Of a stretch of 33,178 nt of DNA, positions 18,443-27,455 are shown in pieces (the first letter of the stretch is position 1; each line of letters begins with the position of its first letter). The position numbers were made by a program, and so were the translations under genes. Below the pieces are notes generated by a model. It saw only the letters and a program-made list of their open reading frames with translations, did no database searches and was not told where the DNA came from. This DNA is from an uncultured Verrucomicrobiales bacterium (lineage in GTDB: Bacteria > Verrucomicrobiota > Verrucomicrobiia > Verrucomicrobiales > DEV007): the NCBI GenBank assembly GCA_938091905.1, contig CALKOM010000193.1:1-33178 (forward strand), given 5' to 3'.

Positions 18443-19896
18443 ATCGAATCCTAGCTTTTCTCATCGCAATGCTTCTCAGTAGCACTGTCGCCCCCATCGT
18501 CTCGGAGATCGTGGCTGACAATGATACAGGCCTCCAAGATGAGGACGATTCCTTTGTCGATTGGGTAGAACTGCACAATCCAAACGATGCTCCATTCGAC
18601 TTGAAAGACCATTTCCTGACAGACGATCCCACAGGCAAACCAGACCGTTGGACCTTTCCTGCCATCAGTCTTTAGCCCGGTGGCTACCTAGTTGTTTACG
18701 CATCAGGAAAGAATCGACGCGATCCCACAGCCAATCTTCACACGAACTTTAAACTCACCTCTGGTGGGGAAGCCGTGGCTCTTGTCGCTCCCGATGGCGC
18801 CGACATCATCACCAGCGTGACGTTTCCTCCTCTAGAGACAGATCATCATTATGTCTTAGCGGACGGTGCCTACGCCGTCTCTAACGATCCGACTCCCGGC
18901 GAAACCAATGCAACCAACGTGGTCACCTTCTCAATCAAAGGCCAAGCGTTTACTGATAAGATCGTGGTCGAAATGTCATCCCCGGGCAGCGGGAGTATCC
19001 GTTACACCACAGATGGCAAACGTCCTTCTTTATTCAATCGAACAAACTATAGCGGACCAATCACCCTCACTAAGACCGCCCTCCTAACCGCAAGTGCTAC
19101 AGGTGGTCCCTTCACGACGGAGGCCTTCATTCAAATAGCCCCTGAGCTGGAAAATCGCATCTCTGACATTCCTCTCGTCATCGCAATCGCAGATGGGCGA
19201 CTGAGCCAAACCAATCAGCGAGAGATGACCTTTGCCGTGATCGAACCAGGCACAGATGGTCGTGCCCATCTTGTCAGTGAATTTCAGATCAGCACCCGTG
19301 GCGGCATTCGCACCCGCGGAGAGACGTCGAACAGCTTTCCCAAAAAGCCACTGCGCGTGGAGTTCTGGGACGTCAATGGCGACGATCGCCCGCTCTCACC
19401 TCTCGGCATGCCAGGCGAGGCGGATTGGGTGCTGAACGCACGCTATGATTTTGACCGCACGCTCTTGCACAATGCGTGGATCTATGAGTTAGGCCAATGG
19501 GCACCACGAACCCGTTTTGTCGAACTTTACCTCAGCGAAATCGAGGAGCCCATCAGCGAGACGAATTACAACGGCATCTACACTTTCATGGAAAACATCC
19601 GACGAGGGAAAGGCCGGGGCGACGTGGAGATCGATGACACCGACAAACTCGCCATCACCGGTGGTTATGTCTTCCGCAAAGAAAAGACCGATCCTAACAC
19701 GTGGAACTTCAGCGGCGGCGGCGAGAACCTACAGATGATCTACCCGCGCGAGGAAGAGCGCTCGGCACGTCATCACCAACGCGATTGGCTGTCAGAATAC
19801 TTGGGCACAATGTCCGATGCCATTCGTGATCACGGTTCTAATTCTGAGCAAGGTTATCCCGCCTTCATTAATGAAGATGCCTGTCAGTTTTCCTAA
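18439..19896 (+). pseudogene. Lamin-tail domain / CotH kinase family protein, with internal stop and 3' truncation
   Basis: The lamin-tail segment SEIVADN...DWVELHN...WTFP continues in frame past TAG (18673-18675) as PGGYLVVYASGK...HTNFKL. CotH motifs RGETSNSFPKKP, DWVL and APRTRFVELY follow. The sequence ends before the kinase C-lobe. Confidence 0.85.
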
Positions 19897-20534
19897 ACGC
19901 CCATTGCGCACGAGCTCACACGCCGTCCGGAAATAAATATCAGACCGTTGCTGACTCCCGGTCTGCCACGTCACGCCTGCCTTGGCCACGGCATCCGACA
20001 TCCGACATCAAACGCCCTTGCTTCAGCATGAGTGCTAGTGATTTCTGCCATACATGTTTTTGCCCTTGGCCGCGCCATTCAAACAAATCTTGGCATGCCA
20101 ATGATCCGGTGTGGAGATGTTCAAGGCATCTACATCCTCTTTTTCTAGCAGTTCACGATAATCTTCGTAGGCCTTGTAGTCCTTCGCGGCCTCAGCTCCA
20201 TCCCCGCGATCCGCCTAAAACTTAGCAATATAAGGCTTCAGCGCATCCCGTCCTCCGATGAGTTCGCCGGCGTAGCCATAGTGCGTCAGTTCCTTCGCCG
20301 GATCCGCCACCGCGACTACTTGGGTGCTTTTGTCAGAAAGAAAGCCCTGGGCGGTGGCCTGCGCAATCGTCCCGAAACCAATCAAGGCCACATTGACCCG
20401 CTCAGACGGCGCCGGCCGCCGCCTTTGCCAATTGCAGTGGCAGGAATCAGTGTTGGGAAGGCCACAGCCGAAGCCGCAGTGGCCTTGAGAAAGCGACGAC
20501 GTGAGGTTTAAGCGAGGTTGGCCTTGCTGGACAC
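19878..20534 (-). pseudogene. Tat-exported Gfo/Idh/MocA oxidoreductase pseudogene, 3'-truncated
   Basis: SRRRFLK Tat motif; PAPSERVNVALIGFG; TAG at 20215-20217; YEDYRELLEKEDVDALNISTPDHWH; 7-bp duplication CATCCGA (19992-20005); QTGSQQRSD..FRTACELVRNGRLGKL; then an abrupt end. Confidence 0.88.
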
Positions 20535-20576
20535 TCCCACCGGACAGAGGACCGATCAATCACCAATCATTAAACA

Positions 20577-20613
20577 CAAAAGCGCCCGCTCTCGTGAGAG
20601 ACCGGGCGCTTTG
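20577..20613 (-). terminator. Intrinsic terminator downstream of fbaA
   Basis: AAAGCGCCCG-CTCTC-GTGA-GAGAC-CGGGCGCTTT stem with a T-rich tail on the minus strand. Confidence 0.8.
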
Positions 20614-20636
20614 ATAAAGCTTTGTCTGTCGCAGTC

Positions 20637-21671
20637 TTAGACCTGACCAAAGAGAGTCTTGCCTGGAGACAAGAGGTCTTCGCAAGCTTGGCCGATGCGA
20701 GCCGCCATGGCCTCTTCACCCTTCTTCTGGTAGGAGCGGGGATCGTAGACTTTCTTGTTTCCAATCTCGCCGTCGATCTTGAAGACGCCTTCGACATTTT
20801 CACACATGTGAGCAGCAATCGGACGTGTAAACGCATACTGGGTATCGGTATCGACGTTCATCTTAACGACACCATAGCCTAACGTTTCCCTAATCTCTTC
20901 TAGCAAGCTGCCAGAACCACCGTGGAAGACGAGATCAAACTGAGCACTGTCTCCATACTTGGCCTTCACAGCAGCTTGACCATCTTTGAGGATCTCGGGC
21001 TTGAGCTTCACCGCACCTGGCTTGTAGTGACCGTGAACGTTTCCGAACGTGGCGGCGAAGGTGAACCGGCCGAGCTCAGAAAGCGCTTCGTGAACGGCGA
21101 CCATGTCTTCTGGAGTCGTATAAAGAGACTCCTCAGGAGTATCCTCGGTACCTGCTGCTCCATCCTCTTCACCACCAACCACGCCGGCTTCCACTTCGAG
21201 AATGATTTCCAACTCAGCACACTTCTTCAGATACGTCTTCGAGATCGCCATGTTCTCCTCGAGCGGGAGGATGGACGCGTCGAGCATGTGATTCTGAAAG
21301 AGATTGTTCTCACCCTTCGCGCGACGTGCCGCTGTGGCTTCGAGAAGTGGATCAAGGAAACCTTCCGCCGCCTGAGGCTGACAGTGGTCTGTATTCAAAG
21401 CGATGAGCACGTCATACTGCTCGGCCAGACGGTGTGCCATCTCTGCTAGCGCGATCGTGCCGAAAGCTGCATTCTTGTGGTTCAATCCGGAAGCAAATTG
21501 GCCAGCACCCGTAGAGAACTGTATGATTCCGTCTGATTTCTGGTCAGCGAAGCCCTTCAGCGCCGCATTAAGGGTGACCATACTGGAACAATTGATCGCT
21601 GGATAAGCGTAGTCCCCTTGTTGAGCCGCATCCAACATGGCGGCGAATTGTTTGGGTGTTGCTATAGGCAT
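20637..21671 (-). CDS. fbaA: Fructose-bisphosphate aldolase class II
   Basis: Motifs TDHC, GVVGGEEDG, FGNVHG, FHGGSG, KMNVDTD and YDPR. Confidence 0.96.
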   Translation of the reverse strand: MPIATPKQFAAMLDAAQQGDYAYPAINCSSMVTLNAALKGFADQKSDGIIQFSTGAGQFASGLNHKNAAFGTIALAEMAHRLAEQYDVLIALNTDHCQPQAAEGFLDPLLEATAARRAKGENNLFQNHMLDASILPLEENMAISKTYLKKCAELEIILEVEAGVVGGEEDGAAGTEDTPEESLYTTPEDMVAVHEALSELGRFTFAATFGNVHGHYKPGAVKLKPEILKDGQAAVKAKYGDSAQFDLVFHGGSGSLLEEIRETLGYGVVKMNVDTDTQYAFTRPIAAHMCENVEGVFKIDGEIGNKKVYDPRSYQKKGEEAMAARIGQACEDLLSPGKTLFGQV

Positions 21672-21826
21672 GACGCCCCCTCTAGAGCATAGATCGTCGG
21701 TCCGTCAAGCGAGCACCAAGCTTGACGCTTGCACAGCAGAAGATCGGACGTTAATAACCCGCCAAATACCGGGCTCTCGACCCGAAAGCTTTCTCGCCTT
21801 TACAGTTAATTTAGTCATACCAAATC

Positions 21827-23044
21827 ATGCCCAAGATTGCCTTTCTTACCGCTGGTGGCCTCGCGCCCTGTCTCTCTTCTTCGATCGGAGCCTTGATCGA
21901 GCAGTATGCTGAGATTTGCCCAGATGCCGAACTCGTAGGTTACCTCAATGGTTACCAAGGCCTCTTGCTCGGCAAGAGCATCGCCTTCCCCAAGGACGTC
22001 ATGCAGAAAGCGAGTAAACTGCATAAATTCGGCGGCAGTATGATTGGAAATAGCCGAGTCAAGCTCACGAATATTAAAGACTGTGAAGAGCGTGGCCTTG
22101 TGCAACCCGGACAAGACCCTCTGCACGTCGCTGCCGAACAATTGACGAAGGACAAGATCGATATCCTTCACACCATCGGTGGTGATGATACGAACACAGC
22201 TGCCGCAAGCTTGGCAGCCTACCTGGAGTCTAACAACTACCCTCTAACAGTAGTCGGTATGCCCAAGACCGTCGATAATGATGTCTTCCCCATTGTACAG
22301 ACGCTAGGAGCGTGGACCGCCGCCGATCAGGGTGCCCTCTTCTACGCCAACGTGGCCAATGAGAATACTACGAGCATGCGCCAGCTCGTCGTTCATGAAG
22401 TCATGGGACGCAGCTGTGGTTGGCTTGCCGCTGCGACCGCGTTGTCTTACCGCAAACTGATCAAAGGCTGGGATTTCTATCCCGAGATGCTCCTTAGCCA
22501 CGGGCGTTGGGACGTGAATGCCGTCTGGTTGCCAGAAATGGCCCTCGACCTCGATGCCGAAGTGGATCGTTTGAATGGCTGTATGGCTGAGCACGACTGC
22601 GTGCACTTGTTCCTCAGTGAAGGCGCTGGCATTGATGCCATTATCAAGGAAATGGAAGCCCGTGGTGAAGAAGTCCCCCGCGACGCCTTTGGCCACCCTC
22701 GCATTGACAAGTTGAACCCCGGCCAGTGGTTCGCTCAGCAGCTTCAAGGCAGACTCAAAGCCGAGAAGGTCCTCGTCCAGAAGAGTGGCTACTTCGCTAG
22801 ATCTGCGGCACCAAACGAACGCGACATCGAACTCATTCGAAAGAGCGCTGTCGTCGCTGCGAAGGCTGCCCTTGAGAGCATCAGTGGTGTCGCCGGTCTT
22901 GACGAAGACAACGGAGGCGTCATGAGCGTCATCGACTTCCCACGAATCAAAGGCCACAAGCCCTTCAACATTAGTGAGCCTTGGTTCGGAGAAATGCTTG
23001 AGGCCATCGGCCAACCAAAGGCCGAGAAAGCGCCCGCTCATTGA
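21827..23044 (+). CDS. pfp: Pyrophosphate-dependent phosphofructokinase
   Basis: Motifs TAGGLAPC, GGDDT (Asp indicating PPi use), PKTVDND, EVMGR and KSGYFARS. Confidence 0.93.
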   Translation: MPKIAFLTAGGLAPCLSSSIGALIEQYAEICPDAELVGYLNGYQGLLLGKSIAFPKDVMQKASKLHKFGGSMIGNSRVKLTNIKDCEERGLVQPGQDPLHVAAEQLTKDKIDILHTIGGDDTNTAAASLAAYLESNNYPLTVVGMPKTVDNDVFPIVQTLGAWTAADQGALFYANVANENTTSMRQLVVHEVMGRSCGWLAAATALSYRKLIKGWDFYPEMLLSHGRWDVNAVWLPEMALDLDAEVDRLNGCMAEHDCVHLFLSEGAGIDAIIKEMEARGEEVPRDAFGHPRIDKLNPGQWFAQQLQGRLKAEKVLVQKSGYFARSAAPNERDIELIRKSAVVAAKAALESISGVAGLDEDNGGVMSVIDFPRIKGHKPFNISEPWFGEMLEAIGQPKAEKAPAH

Positions 23045-23185
23045 GGCGACCAACTCTCAATCATAGATCCTAAGGGATCGCCGCTCCATGAATTATCGGG
23101 GCTCGGCGTACGAAGCCTCTAAAGGCCCTAGTTTCAGATCCTGATTTCACCGGGTCAGACTTTGGAACAGGCCTACCGGGGAATC

Positions 23186-23365
23186 ATGGAAATGATGACG
23201 CTTTCGCTGGCTACCCTACTTCTTTGGACCACCACCCTCGGCCTCCTCGGACAAGACGAGCCAACAATCCCAGGCGTTGTTCCTGCTATCGAGCCCGCTC
23301 CCGCTGAAGAGCCCGCCGCAGGAGAGCCTATTGCCACAGAAGCATACGACCAAAAAAGGGTATGA
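23186..23365 (+). CDS. Short ORF with signal peptide and Pro/Ala/Glu-rich segment; probably the truncated start of a secreted protein
   Basis: MEMMTLSLATLLLWTTTLGLLGQDEPTIPGVVPAIEPAPAEEPAAGE...; the frame stops just after an A6 run. Confidence 0.4.
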   Translation: MEMMTLSLATLLLWTTTLGLLGQDEPTIPGVVPAIEPAPAEEPAAGEPIATEAYDQKRV

Positions 23366-23476
23366 AGCCAACCATGACTCCAAAACCTCAGGAGGCCCCT
23401 GAAACTCCTAATCGCATTAAACTAAACCTGTCCGAGAACGCTACGATTACGGACATCAAAGGGAAAGTGATTAGCC

Positions 23477-23957
23477 TCACGGATGTCGAGACATCTTTAC
23501 CGCACTAACAACAAGGCTGGCTTGAAGACACACCTCTTCATGCTTCTGAATCGGCAAGGGCGAGATGTCCTCTAGCCGAAACCAACCATTACCTGGAGTC
23601 GGCTTTCCATAGAACCGATCCAGCAATGCCGGCGGCTTGCCGTCGATCGTCTCCCAAGAGTCTGTCATCCGCACTTGAATCACAGATTCGCCTGGAAACG
23701 GCCACTGGTTAGCCACCGGCGCCAAAGAGCTACTAGAGCTCGTATCACTGTCAGTGTTGACGGTCTTCTTCGAGTTTTCCGGATCTACCAAGTTAACTCT
23801 TACCACCTCAAACCCAAGTCCACCCACAAGGCCATCTTGGTCCCTCAACGACTACCACCACACTGGCACTCATACACACTCTAAACACACTCAGCCCGAT
23901 CACCACCAGCATCACAACACTGCCTCACTAACCCAATGCTAGGCTAAAGGTACTCAT
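23477..23957 (-). pseudogene. Decayed gene translationally coupled to blaI (position expected for a BlaR1/M56 peptidase)
   Basis: ATG at 23957 overlaps the TGA of the extended blaI frame (ATGA). The hydrophobic N-terminus MSTFSLALG**GSVVMLVVIGLSVF contains stops. No HExxH motif is seen, so the identity is inferred from position only. Confidence 0.4.
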
Positions 23958-23986
23958 CGCTTGCCTCTCGACTTTCCAGCTGCCTC

Positions 23987-24358
23987 TTAAACGAGCTCTC
24001 TCAGTTCGGCAATCTCGCCCTTTGACAACTTCTCTTGGCCTATCAACGAACGCACCAGTGCTAACGGAGACCCACCAAAGAGGGAATCACGCAGGGTCGC
24101 CGCCATTCGACGCTCTGCGCTCTCCCTGCCGAACGTCGCCACATAGCACGCGGGTCTCTCCTCACCTTCCCGGCGCAACCAGCCCTTCTCCTCCAGCCGC
24201 TGCATCTGCTTGAGTATGGTGTTACGGGCAACCGGGGCATTTCTTCCCGCATTCACCACCTCCACGACCTTTCGCACGGCCACCGGCGCGCGATCCCAGA
24301 TAACGGCCATGATCGGCATCTCAGCCCCAGCTAGTTTCGGCAACTGCTTGACGCCCAT
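23987..24358 (-). CDS. BlaI/MecI/CopY family transcriptional repressor (possibly shortened by a premature stop)
   Basis: Motifs AEMPIMAVIW, ARNTILKQMQRLEEKGWL, LFGGSPLALVRSL and EIAELREL. Confidence 0.88.
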   Translation of the reverse strand: MGVKQLPKLAGAEMPIMAVIWDRAPVAVRKVVEVVNAGRNAPVARNTILKQMQRLEEKGWLRREGEERPACYVATFGRESAERRMAATLRDSLFGGSPLALVRSLIGQEKLSKGEIAELRELV

Positions 24359-24384
24359 TCTTCTTAATGGGCACTCTCCCAGTC

Positions 24385-25761
24385 ATGCGCTCTCTCCTCT
24401 TTCTTCTCGCACTGATCCTGCACAACCATGCAGCCCAACCGAACATCGTCCTGATGATCGCCGACGACTGCACTTACCTGGACATGGAAGTCTACGGAGG
24501 CCAGGCCAAGACCCCCCATCTGAACAAGTTCGCTCAGGAGGGCATGCAGTTCTCACGCTGCTTCCAAGCGGCCCCCATGTGCTCGCCCACACGACACAAT
24601 CTCTACACCGGCATCTATCCTGTGAAATCAGGAGCCTGGCCAAATCACACGCGTGTCTATGATGGCACCAAATCCATTGCGCACTATCTTAGAGACGTAG
24701 GTTATCGTGTCGCTCTGTCAGGCAAGACGCACATCGCGCCGAAAGCATCATTCCCCTTCGAGTATGACGACGAGTTTAAAAAGGCCGACCCGGCAACGGC
24801 CAGTCCTTACCCCAATCTAGACAAGCTCATCACCGATTCCAAAGCCGCCAACAAGCCGTTCTGCATCATGGCCTGCTCCAACGAACCGCACACGCCCTAT
24901 GACAAAGGCGACGCCTCTGCTTACCCACCCGAGTCTCTGACACTGCCTCCGAGCTTTGTCGATACGCCAGAAACCCGAGATCACTTTTCCAAATACCTCG
25001 CTGAAATCACCTACTACGATTCTCAGTGCGGCGCTTTGCTGCAACTGCTGGACAAACACGACGTCGCTTCCAATACCCTCGTCATTATCGTATCCGAACA
25101 AGGTTCCGGCTTTCCCTTCGCCAAATGGACCTGTTTCGAACTCGGCCTCACCTCCGGCATGCTCGCCCGCTGGCCAGGCAAGATCGCCCCTGGATCGCAT
25201 TCCAATGCCCTCGTCGAGTATGTCGACATCACGCCCACCTTCCTCGAAACGGCCAGCCTAACGACACCCAATACCATGGACGGCAGTTCGTTCCTATCCG
25301 TCCTCCTCGGAAAACGCTACGAACACAAACGCTACACTTACGGTCTCCACACCACCCGTGGCATCAACAGTGGCTCCGAAGCCTACGGCGTCCGCTCCTG
25401 CGCTACCAAGCGCTACCGCTACATCCGCAATCTCCATCCTGAAACCCCGTTCAAGAACGTCGTCACCCGCCCCGGCGGCGACAAAGCCGACTTCTGGTTA
25501 TCCTGGACCGCACGCGCTGAAGCAGGCGACGCGCATGCCAAAGCCATGACTGCAAAATACCAGCACCGTCCAGCAGAAGAACTCTACGACGTGCACACCG
25601 ATCCCCATTGCCTAACCAATCTCATCGCCAAGCCTGAGCTTGCCGGGATGAAAGCCGACCTGTCTACGAAGCTCGATCTCTGGATGAAACAACAAGGCGA
25701 CCTCGGCCACGAGACCGAGATGTTAGCTACCACTCGTCAGGGCAAGCGCAAACGAAAGTGA
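24385..25761 (+). CDS. Formylglycine-dependent (S1) sulfatase, secreted
   Basis: Signal peptide; PNIVLMIADD; CSPTRHNLYTG (CxPxR motif); SGKTH; EPH; EELYD...DP. Confidence 0.95.
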   Translation: MRSLLFLLALILHNHAAQPNIVLMIADDCTYLDMEVYGGQAKTPHLNKFAQEGMQFSRCFQAAPMCSPTRHNLYTGIYPVKSGAWPNHTRVYDGTKSIAHYLRDVGYRVALSGKTHIAPKASFPFEYDDEFKKADPATASPYPNLDKLITDSKAANKPFCIMACSNEPHTPYDKGDASAYPPESLTLPPSFVDTPETRDHFSKYLAEITYYDSQCGALLQLLDKHDVASNTLVIIVSEQGSGFPFAKWTCFELGLTSGMLARWPGKIAPGSHSNALVEYVDITPTFLETASLTTPNTMDGSSFLSVLLGKRYEHKRYTYGLHTTRGINSGSEAYGVRSCATKRYRYIRNLHPETPFKNVVTRPGGDKADFWLSWTARAEAGDAHAKAMTAKYQHRPAEELYDVHTDPHCLTNLIAKPELAGMKADLSTKLDLWMKQQGDLGHETEMLATTRQGKRKRK

Positions 25762-25795
25762 TCGTCATTGGATTTGGCAGAAATCCAATGACGAT
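25761..25795. terminator. Perfect 15-bp hairpin between convergent genes (bidirectional terminator or REP-like)
   Basis: ATCGTCATTGGATTT-GGCAG-AAATCCAATGACGAT; no U-tract on either side. Confidence 0.6.
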
Positions 25796-25803
25796 GGCGA
25801 CGC

Positions 25804-27204
25804 TTACTTACGTTTTCCGGTCCAGGTACCACTAAACTGGTCTTCGTAACCCGTCGGCACCACGGTGCCGGATAGCTGATCATCTTTGAGCTTCCCCTTG
25901 TAAACAAATTCAATATCCATGCTTTGCACCTCGCGCGTGACTTTCATGCCGAAGGTAGCTTCCTTAAATTTAACAGAATCACATTTAGTCTCGCCACTAC
26001 GAGGACTAATGAAGACGCCACCCAAGGCATCGTCTTCCTCACTGATCTTCAAAGTGTAGTCACGAGGCTCTCCTTGACCAAAGTCAATCTCGATCGCCCA
26101 CTCGCCAACGACGGTTGGCATCTTCACCTCTTCCACTACTTTGCTAGCGGCCCAATCACCACTCGCCGCTTCGGTATCCGAGTTCTCGAAGTAGTGCCAC
26201 TTACCTGTAAGCTTGTTCTTCTCCGTGTAGCTCGCCTCTATCTTGACCGAACCATCGCCAAACGGTAGGCCGAGCTTCACCTCATTATCAGACACATCGA
26301 TCGATTTGTAATCCATGCTTCCGTCGTTCGTCTCGGACGTTCCCTTGTAGCCGCTCTCTGTCCTCTCGAAAACAGACTGGAACTCTAAATCTCCGTCGTC
26401 TGTGGCAGCGACAACATTCCATTTACCCGTCAAGTCTAACATGAGCGCACGTTCAGCTTCCCACTCGCCGCTCGCTGCCTCCTGACCACTCGCGTCAAAG
26501 ATAAGCCACATGCCTTTGAGATGATCCTCATCGGTCTGCTCCGCACGAATGGTGACAGGAATGTCGGTGCCTTCATAATCCAAGGTCAGCTCGATTTTGA
26601 CCTCCTTGCCCTCCACACTTACAGAATCGAAATCAAGGCTTCCCTGCTCTGACTTGGAGTTCCCCTTAAACTTCTCACCGCCTTTTGTGAACGTCACCAC
26701 AGATTCAAGATCCCCGTTGTCTGTCGTCGACTTGGCGTTCCATTTGCCAACAATAGACCCACCATCCCTGGGCTCCGCCTTCTCTTCAGGCGCTGGCGCC
26801 GACGTCCTTTCCGCTTTCCAGGCCTCGTCGATATACTCAGTCCCTTCCGCATCCAAGGCGAGCCACCGGCCAGCAAGTTTGCCGCTCTCAGATTCCTCCG
26901 CCTTGATCCGAATCGTGATATCCTGACCATTGTAATCAAGCCCAAAGTCAATCTCCACCTTCTTGCCGTTAATCGTCGCGGAACTGATCTCCATTTCCTG
27001 ACCATCTTCTGTCGTGCCCACGCCCACGAACTTCTCGTCTTTCTTCTCGATCGTCATCGTCGACTCCGCCGTGCCACCACCTTGAGGCTTCTCCGCGAAG
27101 ATCTTCCACTCGCCAACCAAAGAGGCAGATTCTTCAGCAGAAACGGCAGAGATACCGACAAATAACGCGGTAATGATAGAGGCTAATCCTTGGATAATTC
27201 GCAT
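25804..27204 (-). CDS. Secreted acidic protein with four tandem ~100-aa beta-barrel-like (lipocalin-like) repeats
   Basis: Signal peptide from ATG 27204. Repeats start LVGEW, IVGKW, LTGKW and VVGEW and end W.A.R/K or WTGKR. Promoter-like TTGACT-N18-TAACGT lies at 27269-27240. Confidence 0.85.
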   Translation of the reverse strand: MRIIQGLASIITALFVGISAVSAEESASLVGEWKIFAEKPQGGGTAESTMTIEKKDEKFVGVGTTEDGQEMEISSATINGKKVEIDFGLDYNGQDITIRIKAEESESGKLAGRWLALDAEGTEYIDEAWKAERTSAPAPEEKAEPRDGGSIVGKWNAKSTTDNGDLESVVTFTKGGEKFKGNSKSEQGSLDFDSVSVEGKEVKIELTLDYEGTDIPVTIRAEQTDEDHLKGMWLIFDASGQEAASGEWEAERALMLDLTGKWNVVAATDDGDLEFQSVFERTESGYKGTSETNDGSMDYKSIDVSDNEVKLGLPFGDGSVKIEASYTEKNKLTGKWHYFENSDTEAASGDWAASKVVEEVKMPTVVGEWAIEIDFGQGEPRDYTLKISEEDDALGGVFISPRSGETKCDSVKFKEATFGMKVTREVQSMDIEFVYKGKLKDDQLSGTVVPTGYEDQFSGTWTGKRK

Positions 27205-27381
27205 GTCTAAAATATTGGTGAGTTTGGTTAGGAAACAGAACGTTAAGCCCGCTACCGGCTTGCAGTCAATCACCCCAGATTCGATGTGTTAAGTACAAAC
27301 CAATCTCAATTCGGACACATCAAACGACCGATCGGGAGTTCAGCACACTGTTCCCTCTAGATCAACGCTTATTTTGCGCCC

Positions 27382-27433
27382 ATGCGCGTTCATTCACGTT
27401 TCTTCTTCCGTGGCTTCGGTGTATTCCGTGGTT
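27382..27433. repeat. Short degenerate TTCCGTG-type intergenic repeat downstream of dnaE2
   Basis: TTCCGTGGC-TTCGGTGTA-TTCCGTGG (9-bp period, 27406-27431), preceded by ATGCGCGTTCATTCACGTT. Confidence 0.5.
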
Positions 27434-27455
27434 CTTTCACTCCGTTGCCCAAAGG

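Noticed and set aside
18673..18675. Amber (TAG) recoding or readthrough, suggested by in-frame TAGs in the CotH, Gfo/Idh/MocA and tnpA genes
   Set aside because: pit, acs and dapB end normally with TAG. The affected genes also carry TAA/TGA stops, frameshifts or truncations, so decay explains them.
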